Assembly (NCBI GenBank): GCA_024709505.1
Contig: JANJWP010000003.1
Location: 4,767-68,766, forward strand
Length of the DNA stretch: 64,000 nt
Origin: Candidatus Altimarinota bacterium
Lineage (GTDB): Bacteria; Patescibacteriota; Gracilibacteria; BD1-5; UBA2023
Direction of reading: 5' to 3'
Position 1 is the first letter of the stretch, and every line of letters starts with the position of its first letter. Made by a program: the position numbers and the translations under genes. Positions 32,163 through 41,365 of the stretch are shown here, in pieces. Below the pieces are notes generated by a model. The model saw only the letters and a program-made list of their open reading frames with translations. It ran no database searches and was not told the DNA's origin.

Positions 32163-32839
32163 TACTGCTCAAAAAATACGCGCTCCTTGGGGATTTCAAG
32201 TTCCGCGAGTTTTTCCCGAGCGCTTTTTACCATGGCCGGAGATCCGCAAAGATAGAATTCTTCAAACTGCGACGCGGTTTCGGGGGTGAGAAAATCGGTA
32301 ACGTACCCCTTCCTAAATCCGGGAGATTCGCTTCGGCTGAGATATTCTTGAACGACGAATTCAGAAAAGCGAGCTCCAATCGTTCGGACTTCGTCCTGAT
32401 AGAAAACGTCGTCCGGACTTCGAACCCCGAATACGAAGCCCATTTTCGCCGAATATCCGAGCCGAGCAGACTGAAGGAGCTGATAATAGAGTGGAGCAAA
32501 TCCCGTTCCGGTTCCGATGAAGCATTTGGAGACATCCGTTTCACGAAGGATGAAGTGCCCCATCGGTCCCATGCCCGGAACCGACATTCCGGGTTCGAGA
32601 CCGCAAAGAATTGGACTTCCTGCGCCTCATTCGACCCGTTTGACGATAAAAGCGAAGGCTCCCGACTCGGTTCGATAGGCGATGCTGTAGGCCCGTTTTA
32701 TTCCGGGAGCCAGATCAAATATGACGTATTCCCCCGCCCTCGAATCGAGCGGGGACGAAGGATCGAAAACCAGTTCGTACACGTCATGGGTAAGAGGGCG
32801 CTTGATCGCGAGCGTGAAATGGGATTTTACGACTGGCAT
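32159..32839 (-). CDS. Ferredoxin-reductase-like FAD/NAD(P)-binding oxidoreductase
   Basis: Track ORFs 32159..32587 and 32627..32839 are in frame through TGA 32627. Motifs RAYSIA (RxYS FAD motif), KRVE[UGA=G]GAGS, GTGTGFAPL, LCGSPAMV. TAA stop. Confidence 0.8.
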
Positions 32840-32923
32840 GGATTGCGATAAAAAGTCGCGTAAAACGAGCGACGCGCAATAGTATCGAAATGCCCAAAAA
32901 AAGAAAGCGGGGGAGTTTTTGCG

Positions 32924-33235
32924 CTATGCAGCGCGACGGAATTCCTCGTCATTGGCGGCGGTCAAAAGTTCTTCGCGTTTGGTCGTAAGCGCGTCGATTA
33001 TGCCAGCGTACTCGGCAACTTCCGCTTCGGTAACTCCCGATCGGAACCAGCGCAAAACGTTCCCAGTACGCAAAAGGGCGCGAATGCCGACTTCGTTCGC
33101 CTCGATGTCATCGAATTTTACGATGTTTCCCGTTGCCGCATGGGTGCGGTCAAGCACGTTTGAAAGCGCTTCGGAAACGAAGGGCGTTTCCGAAATTTTC
33201 GTTTCGGCGGGAATTTGAAGTTCGGCTTCGTTCAT
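32924..33235 (-). CDS. Hypothetical protein, 103 aa
   Basis: ATG-to-TAG ORF with protein-like composition. No family recognised. Confidence 0.55.
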   Translation of the reverse strand: MNEAELQIPAETKISETPFVSEALSNVLDRTHAATGNIVKFDDIEANEVGIRALLRTGNVLRWFRSGVTEAEVAEYAGIIDALTTKREELLTAANDEEFRRAA

Positions 33236-33322
33236 GCTCCATGAATTTTACGCTTCCATTATACGAAAAATCCTATTAATGGCAAGAATCCGAGTTTCCG
33301 TTGATGAAAAAAGCAAATTGCG

Positions 33323-33347
33323 AAGTCCCCGAACGCATCGGGGACTT
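33323..33347. terminator. Hairpin downstream of recA (possible terminator)
   Basis: AAGTCCCCGA-ACGCA-TCGGGGACTT. There is a T run directly after it on the plus strand; on the minus strand the T run is about 10 nt away. Confidence 0.5.
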
Positions 33348-33403
33348 TTTGTGCACACAAGGCGCGGACGGGGGGGTTTCGTACGGATGGTGGATTCGCC
33401 TGG

Positions 33404-34396
33404 CTACGCTTCGAGGGTTTTTCGAATTTCGGCTTCGATCTGATTGCGAAGTTCACGGTTTTCGTCAAGAAAAGCTTTCGCGTTTTCGCGTCCTTGTCCC
33501 AACTTGGTTTCGCCATAAGAATAGAACGCTCCGGACTTCTTAATGGTTCCGGTTTCCGCTCCCAAATCAACCACTTCGCCCGAACGGGATATCCCTTCGT
33601 TGAACAGGATGTCGATTTCCACTTCTCGAAAAGGAGGTGCAACCTTGTTTTTCACGACTTTGACGCGAGCGCGTGTCCCGGTCGCTTCACGGTCGTCGCC
33701 GGAACCGGATTCGATCTTTTCCTTTCGGCGGATGTCGAGACGCTGGGAAGCGTAAAACTTCAACGCGTTTCCTCCGGTAGTCGTTTCGGGATTTCCGAAC
33801 ATCACCCCGATTTTCATGCGGATTTGATTGATGAAAATGACGGTGCACGACGTTTTGGAGATGACCCCCGTGATCTTTCGGAGGGCCTGGCTCATGAGGC
33901 GGGCTTGAAGTCCCATGAACGAATCGCCCATGTTTCCTTCGATTTCGGCCTTGGGAACGAGGGCCGCGACCGAGTCCACGACAATGAGATCCACCGCGCC
34001 GGATCGAACGAGGGCATCGACGATTTCGAGCGCCTGTTCTCCGTGGTCGGGTTGGGAAATGATGAGCGAATCAACGTCTACGCCGATTTTTTTGGCGTAT
34101 GCGGGATCAAATGCGTGCTCGGCGTCGATGAACGCGCATGTTCCTCCGCTCTTTTGCATTTCGGCGATGGCGTGGAGAGTGAGGGTCGTTTTTCCGGAAG
34201 ATTCAGGACCATAGATTTCCACAATGCGCCCCTTGGCATATCCGCCGCCAAGCGCTTGGTCAAGGGCAACGGATCCCGAAGAGGTCGTTTCGACCTTGAT
34301 GGCCTCGTGGTCGCCCATCCGCATGATGGAACCGGCTCAAAACTGCTTCTCAATCATTGCGAGAGCCGAAGCCAACGCTTCTTTTTTATTATCCAT
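33404..34396 (-). CDS. recA: Recombinase A
   Basis: ATG at 34394-34396. [19 protein letters not shown][UGA=G]AGSIMRMGD..., Walker [10 protein letters not shown], loops L1 and L2. UGA at 34337-34339. TAG stop. Confidence 0.96.
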
Positions 34397-34460
34397 GTTG
34401 AAGGTCGGAAAAGAGTAACTGGCCTAAATATATATACCCGTATGTAAATTGCAAATTTAA

Positions 34461-34477
34461 ATATGGAAATTCCATAT
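34461..34477. promoter_or_regulatory. Perfect palindrome upstream of recA (candidate operator)
   Basis: ATATGGAA-A-TTCCATAT, 65-80 nt upstream of the recA ATG in an AT-rich spacer. Confidence 0.3.
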
Positions 34478-34507
34478 GAAAAAATTTGCTCGGTCCGAAG
34501 AGGAAAG

Positions 34508-34738
34508 CTATCGGTGCTGCTTGGAATAAAATTCCTGAATGCCAGCGGAAGTTCCGATGCTGATTTCATGACCCTTGCAGATGGGGCATTCGTAGCGGTA
34601 TTTTACCGGATGAAGGCGGACCGCTTCGACGGTTTTTCCGCAAACGCGGCAATAAAATACGACGTCACCGCGTTCGGGATCGAAATTCTCCCGCTTCTTA
34701 CCAAACGAGGGGACGTTGACGAGATCGTTGTATGACAT
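34508..34738 (-). CDS. Small zinc-ribbon protein
   Basis: 76 aa with CRVC...CPIC spacing (two CxxC pairs). ATG start, TAG stop. Confidence 0.6.
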   Translation of the reverse strand: MSYNDLVNVPSFGKKRENFDPERGDVVFYCRVCGKTVEAVRLHPVKYRYECPICKGHEISIGTSAGIQEFYSKQHR

Positions 34739-34818
34739 GGGAGAGAAAGGAAATCCTGCGCGCTCAGTATAGGGCGGAAACTTGGGAAAAAGAAAGAAAA
34801 AACCAAGAAAACGAAGTT

Positions 34819-35913
34819 CTACTCGAACAATTTTCCAAGAATGCCCTTCGAATGCTCTCCGCCGTCTTTCTCCTGGGCAAGAGCCTCATACAGCTCGCGT
34901 TCTTTCGAAGAAAGTTTTTCGGGTATCCGAACCCGAAACGTAACGATGAGGTCGCCCTTTCCGCCGTTCGGAAGTTTCGGCGCCCCTTCCGAACGGAAGC
35001 GCACCGCTTTTCCGTGCTGGGATCCGGCCTTTACTTCGATTTCGCGCGCTCACGCGACCGGAATGTCAATCTTCCGAACCGTCCCAAGAACCATCTCGAC
35101 CGGATCAAGGTCGAGGAAATAATGAAGGTCCGCGCCGTCACGCTCGAGTCCGCGATCCGATTCGGGAACCGCGAAATGTAGGTAAAGATCGCCGTTCCCG
35201 TCAATTCCTTCGTGCCCTTCCCCACGGATTTTGACCGTCATGGAATCCTCTATTCCCGCCGGAACGTCCACCCTCCTTTCGGTCTTGAAAACCACGTAGC
35301 GCTCGCCCCGGCATTTCGGGCACGGATGTTCGACGATTTTTCCCTTTCCCCGGCATTTCGGGCACGCGACTGCTTGCTCTACGACCCCGAACACCGTTTG
35401 CATGCGCTTTCGAACCCTTCCGGTTCCCGCGCAGTCGGGGCAAACTTTCGGTTCGCGGCCTTTTTCCGAACCGCTTCCCGCGCAGTCGGGGCAAACGTGA
35501 CGGCGTTCGTAAGAAATTTCTTCGCTTCCGCCCTTGACGGCTTTCTCGAAGCTCGTTTTCACCCGAACTTCGATATCGTCGCCGACTTCCCTTCTCCGCT
35601 GAGATCCGCCGGATTGGAACCCTCCTCAGAAAAAGGATTCGAAGATGTCGGAAAAATCGAAATCCGCTGAAAAACCGCCCCCGGAAAAACCGGTTCATTC
35701 CGGTTGTCCGGTTCGATCATAAGCGGCCTTCTTTTGCGGATCGGAGAGGGTTGCGTAGGCTTCGTTCACCTTTTTGAATTCCGCTTCTTTCTCCTTGTCG
35801 CCGCGATGCCGGTCAGGATGGAGCTCCATCGCCTTTTTCCGGTACGCCTTTTTAATTTCCTCGGCCGAAGCCCCGCGGGAAATTCCGAGCAAATCGTAAA
35901 ATTCGAAAGCCAT
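34819..35913 (-). CDS. dnaJ: Molecular chaperone DnaJ
   Basis: J domain [31 protein letters not shown], a G/F region, 4 CxxCxGxG zinc repeats and a C-terminal domain. Three track ORFs are in one frame, joined at TGA 35695, 35626 and 35050. TAG stop. Confidence 0.94.
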
Positions 35914-36206
35914 GCGCAAACGTAAGGAATACCGAGTACGGCGGAACTCCGTCTCATAAGAGGGCGAGCCGCCGATGTGTTTGAGCGATTCTATTCGGAA
36001 ACTGGAACGAGGCAAGGTCTCGGAAGAACGTTTGACAAGGCGGACCGAATTCGTATAACTCGCACATGGATACGAAAACGGTTCAGGCCCTTTCGGACGT
36101 CGGGGCACCATGAAGGAATCCGCGGGTCGCCGAAAACGCCCCCGCGGTTTTCGAACACCGACCCGACATTCCCGCCATACAGGAACGGTTCAAGCAGGTC
36201 GAGGGA

Positions 36207-37526
36207 ATGGTGGCCGCGCTCGTGAATCTCGTGGGACCCCGCTGCGACGAAATCGTGAGCAATGCGCGCGAAAAACCGGAAGACGTTTCCAACGGCACCG
36301 AAAAGGTTCTCCTCGAAACCCGTCGGCTCGCCACGGAAATGCTTGACAATCTCCGGGAGATGGAGCGGATACTGGGGCTTCCCGAAAATTTCGTCTCCGC
36401 GCTCGAAAGAACCCGGAGAAGCGTTTCGGAAAGCATGCGCGGAAGCTCTCCGGAACTCGTTCGTTTCCGCATCATTTCGGAAACGCTCGAACTTTTGCGC
36501 CACCATCTCGGAATGGACTACGCAGGAATTTGGCTTCTAAAAAACGGCCGGGGCGTTTCGCTCCACGAATCCGGAAAACTGCATCCGGATTCTGATTTGA
36601 ACGTTATCGAAGCGCAGGTTCAGGATGCCATCGGAAAGACCGGGGGGGGAAAATTCGCCTACCTCGACCCTTCCGATTCGGAAGATGGCGGAGTCGATGC
36701 GGTTTTCGTGTTCCGCAACATCGAGGGGGATCCCATCGGGTATTTGCTTCTCGACGATTACGAAACCGCCCACGACATCGACACGGCAACCATATCCAAA
36801 GTCGCCGAGACGTACTACGTCCATCTCCATGCGGTCATTCACGAAGAAGAAGCCGCACTCGCACAAAAAGAGCTTTTTGACATCCGGCGGGAGCTCGACC
36901 GGATGCGCGATGAGCTCGAAAGCTCGCGCTTCGACCTCCTTACCGGACTCCTCATCCGCCGGTACGGTACCGAAAAAATTTCCAACCGAATGGAGCAGGT
37001 GATGCATTCGAGGGACGGTGACGGAATCGGTACGCTTTGCATTTTCGACATCGACCGGTTCAAAACCGTGAACGATACGTACGGACACTCGAAGGGGGAC
37101 GAAGTTTTGCATAGGGTCGGAGAAATCCTTGCAAAGGGTTACCGTTCCGATACCGTTTCGGTAACCCCGAGAAAGCTCGACGTCATGTGCCGCTGGTGAG
37201 GCGAAGAGTTCGTTGCCTATCTCGATCAGACCGACGAAGCTGGGGCCGTGATTTTTGCCGAGCGGATATCCAAGGCCGTGCAGGACTTGGAATTCGAGGA
37301 TGTCGAGGGGGTTGATCGGTTCAGGGTCAGCGTGACGATGGGAATCGTCGGATTCACGACGGAAAGCCTGCGGAAACTCCCCTCTGGAACCGACGTTCTC
37401 GAGCACTGCCTTTCACGGGCGGACGGCGCTTTGTACGAAGGGAAGGAAACCGGTCGGAACCGCATCGTCGTATGCAAGGACGGCGGACAATACGAAATCT
37501 TCGAAACGGGAACCCCGAGGAATTAG
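36207..37526 (+). CDS. Diguanylate cyclase (GGDEF domain) with an N-terminal sensory region
   Basis: Track ORFs 36207..37199 and 37248..37526 are in frame through TGA 37197. Active site CRW[UGA=G]GEEF = GGEEF; DIDRFKTVNDTYGH. TAG stop. An in-frame ATG at 36066 (through TGA 36111) is an alternative start. Confidence 0.85.
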
Positions 37527-37855
37527 TCGGAAAAGTTCCGAGGGGAAAGCCGAAAAAAATCCGCCTGCGCAACGGTTCAATCGACCATCTCAATTCCGTC
37601 AGCCCGGAGGCGGCGGATTTTTTCGTGGATGCCGAGATTGTACCCGGAGATCTTTCCGCTCGATGAAACCACCTTGTAACAAGGGAAAATGTCTTGTTCC
37701 GGATTGCTCGAAAGCATCGAGGCCACGCCGCGCGGATAACTGCCGAGAACTCGAGCAAGTTCGCCGTAGGATACGACTTTTCCTTGGGGAATTTCCAAGA
37801 GAAGTTGAAAAAGCCGACGCTTGCGGGTATCTTGGTGGAAAACCGTTTTGCTCAT
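37523..37855 (-). CDS. MGMT/Ogt-family DNA-binding domain protein (PCYKV variant of PCHRV)
   Basis: ATG at 37855. LLLEIPQGKVVSYGELARVLG...FPCYKVVSSSGKISGY. The standard ORF ends at TGA 37577. Table 25 adds 17 codons to TAA 37523-37525, which overlaps the convergent GGDEF TAG by the same 4-nt pattern seen elsewhere. Confidence 0.7.
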
Positions 37856-38615
37856 GCCGACATCGTATCGAAATTCCCCCAAAAATCGAACCGGCCCCCT
37901 TCTTGCCGAACGCGTGCGGGGAATCGAACGTCCGTTCAAAAGCGTTTCGGAAAACCGTTTCCTTGAAATTTTCAACGAAATCGTCGGCTCCAAAAATGCG
38001 CCGTCCCCTGGGGAATCCGCACTTATCGAACGCGCTCGGAAATATGCGAAATTTCTCCGTCACCTTCCAGGAATACGGAGAGTCTGGGTTTGCAATTCCC
38101 TCTCCATGAACGCGGCCGATGCCGACTCTGACATCGATCTTTTTATCGAAACCGCTCCCGGAGGCCTTTGGACCTGAAGGATCTTCGCCACGGCATTTTT
38201 TAGCCTACTCGGAGTCCGGCGACATGGCGATAAAGTTGCAAAACGGTTTTGCCTTTCGTTTTTCGCGGTCGAAAACGCGGATTTAGAAAAGATTGCCCTC
38301 GAAAACGACGCCTATCTCTACGAATGGGCAAGAAGGCTTATTCCAGTGGACGGATTGGACGACGTTCCGAGAGGACGCGGCATTGAAAATTTCCACGGAT
38401 CCGAGGGGGCCTGATGGATTCCCACGACGTTTTTCCTCCGCATGGCCGAACGGGGATGCAAGTTCCTCTTTGAAAAAAAGACGCTCGACGAATACGAGCG
38501 CCTTGGAAGGCCTTGGGGAATCGTTATTTCCGACGAATTTCTCAAGTTCCATCCCGAAGACCGGAGAAGGGAGATTCGCGATGCGGTGGAACGGAAACTT
38601 ACGCTTCCTTTTTAG
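37854..38615 (+). CDS. Nucleotidyltransferase-domain protein; start uncertain
   Basis: One frame through TGA 38175 and 38412 to TAG 38613-38615. ...VWVCNSLSMNAADADSDIDLFIETAPG resembles the GS..x..D.D NTase motif. ATG 37854 overlaps the divergent gene's start. Confidence 0.55.
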
Positions 38616-41253
38616 AAATGACCGGGATTTCGAAGAATCCAACGTGTTTGGCGACGTCATCGATAACCGAACCGACCGCGCCTTGGATGCGTTTGGCTTC
38701 GGCTTCGGTCTTCGCGAGAATATTGTATGAGCCCGGTTCGTAGGAAGTCTCGGCTTCGGAAGCTCCGACCGATCGCATCCGTTCGGAAATGGCAGCATCC
38801 AAAACCGCCTTTTTTCCTTCGGGAGTCTGGGCATCGAACTTCGTCCAACCCTTGGGGGTCATTTTTCCGGTTTCGGGATCAACGAGTCCTTCCTTCAATG
38901 CCGTTTCATAGGGATTTCCATCGCTCGAAGCGTAGAGCGCAAGCGCTGCCGCAAGAGAAAAAGCCAATCCGGCAAATTTCGCTTTCCCAGGAAGGCGGAG
39001 TCCTTCGGCTCATGCCTTCGCGAGGGCTTCGCCCAATTTCGGCGCGATACGTCCGACGACGCGTGCGCCGCGAACTCCGGCGGCGACGGTTTCGGAAGCC
39101 TGTTTGATAGTCGTGATACCGGTGGCGAATTGAAACGCCGAACGGGGATTTTTTAACATGTAGACCCCCGAAGCGGTAAGGAGCGTCGCGCCGAGAAGCC
39201 CCTTTTCGACGTTTTCAACGCCGTCTTTGGATATCTTCACCTCGCCAAGGAGCACGTATCCCGCAAAGGGCATCGACACCGCCGCGCCGATCATTTTTCC
39301 CCATTCGAGAAGGCTTCGGTGTTTTTCGGGATCGCGGGTCAGGTCGTAGGTTCCCATGCCGAGGCCGATGAGCGGCATTCCGTTGAAAAAGTGCTTCAAT
39401 CCTTCGGCGCCAAGCTTCGAAAGCGCGGGGGCCATTTGGCGCATGGTCTGTTCGTCGCGGACCATGAGCATCGTGGTATCCTGAACCCGCGAAATGGTCG
39501 CGTATTTGGAAATGTCCTTCATGGCGGCGACCCACTTGAGCGCCGATGCCTCGCGGGCGGCCAAGCGGGTTTGCACATCGAGGACTCCACGAAGTTTTTC
39601 GACGTGTTCGACGATTCTTCCGGAAGCGGTTCCACCAATCTTGTTCGCCCAGTTTTTTAGGGCTTCCATTTGAGAAAGAACCGGCGCCGAAGTCATTTGC
39701 CGACGGAGGAATTCGCGGTATCCGGCTTCGGTCTTTATGGAATCGAATTCTTTGAGCGCCTCGGAAGACAAAAGACCCCTTACCTGCGGGTTCGCCTTGA
39801 GCGATCCGGGGATTTTCGCTTCGTCTTCGAGCGCCTGAAGGAGGACGTAGTTATTTCGGACCGTCGCGGTAAGACGTTCGATTTCGAGGAGCTTCGGAGA
39901 ATATTTCGGTTCGACCCGAAGGGCGTTTTCGAGGGCTTCGAAGTGTTTTACGATGGGGGCGTAATTCCCGGTCGCATGGCCGACGAGCACGTCCTTCCCC
40001 ATTTTAAGACTGTCAACGGTCGTCTTCGTCGCGAATCCGATGCCCGCACTCAAAAGCGAACCGGCCATGCCTCCGGCAACCGAAGCGAAAACGCTTGCGG
40101 GCTTATAGAGGAAATAGAGCATCGAGGCCCGTTTTTCGGGATCGTCCTTATATTGGTCGGCGATCTTTTGAAGGTCCTCGAAACCGAAATACGAAGGTTC
40201 GATTCCAAGCGAGCCAAGCGTGAGGGCGAAATGGCGCCCAGCGGTATCCGCCGATTCGTCAACGACCGCGACCGCAAGCTTATGAAGCGGGATGACTCCG
40301 GCCAAAGCAAGCTTGAGAACGATGATGGAATTCGAGAAAACGTATTTTTCGATGATGCCGTTGGCTTCCGCGGCGGAAACCTTTTCGCCCTTCGCGAATT
40401 TCTCGGCGATTTCGGCGATGGCCTCTCCGGGAAACTGATGAGATTCCATGGCCTCGATAAACGCTTTCCGGCGTCATTCGGTCAATTCGTATCCGTGGAA
40501 GAATTTTTCTTCGACGTAACGCTTGGTTTGGGCAATGGCTTCGGAGCGGGCTTTTTCCCGGTCGATTCCCGAGAGGTGGTCAACGGTTTGTTCCATGGCC
40601 GACTTCGCCTTTTGCGCGGTGCTTTCCGCGGCACGTTTTGCGGCATCGAGCTTTTCCTTATCGGCCTTGGGAACGAGCCCTCGCGCAAGTCCGGCGAAAA
40701 ACCGCATGATGGCGGCGATGATGGTACCAAAGAACGGGAGCTGTTCTTCGATTTCATTCGCCATCTGTTCGACGTTCGAGACGATCATGGCGGCCTTGCT
40801 CGCGAATTCGGCCTTTTGGGCCATTTGCGAAACGGCCTTTTGGGCGTCGCCGGAACGGATTGCCCGAGCCACTTCCGATCCGGAAATTTTTTCCGCAGCT
40901 TGGGCAGCGGCATCACCCGCCTTTTCGCGAATCGCGGAAGCGCCGGCCTTGGTTTTCTCAAAAGCGGTTCCCATTCCCCGTTCGACTTCGCGAAGGCGGG
41001 CGTTCTGCTCCGGAGACATCCGGGATTTCAGGTCGGCGACGACGTCGGTCGTGGCATCGACGGCTTCTTCCTTGCGTTTGGAGAGTTCGCGGCGCAATTC
41101 GTCGGCGAGACGCGAAAAATCTCGGCGCTCCTTTTCGTCGCGCGCCACGACGATGCGCTCTTCGAGGCGCTTGAGAAGCGATTCTGGCGAAACCGCTTCG
41201 CGCGGGACTTCGACGGCGCGTGCTTCGATGGATTCGTTGCCGGTTTTGGACAT
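38599..41253 (-). CDS. Large hypothetical protein, 884 aa if read through 2 UGA
   Basis: Track ORFs 38599..38967, 39010..40449 and 40474..41253 share one frame, with TGA at 39010 and 40474. The N-terminal third is coiled-coil-like and the middle has several TM-like segments. TAA stop 38599-38601. It could be two genes if UGA 40474 terminates, since an ATG follows 8 codons later. Confidence 0.65.
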
Positions 41254-41281
41254 GGGCGTTTTTAGGGTTCTATTCCTTCCG

Positions 41282-41310
41282 ATTTTACCCTATCTTCGTT
41301 TTCCAATCAA
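41282..41310 (-). promoter_or_regulatory. Promoter with embedded AAGATAGGGTAA motif
   Basis: Minus strand: TTGATT, 17-nt spacer (ggaaaacgAAGATAGGG), TAAAAT, 28 nt before ATG 41253. Confidence 0.55.
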
Positions 41311-41334
41311 AAAAACGACCCAAAAACGGGCCGT
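41308..41334 (-). terminator. Intrinsic terminator after the 1197-aa ORF
   Basis: Minus strand: ACGGCCC-GTTTTT-GGGTCGT followed by TTTTTTT. Confidence 0.65.
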
Positions 41335-41365
41335 TTTTCATGAGAATTTTTAAAACCGAAATTGC

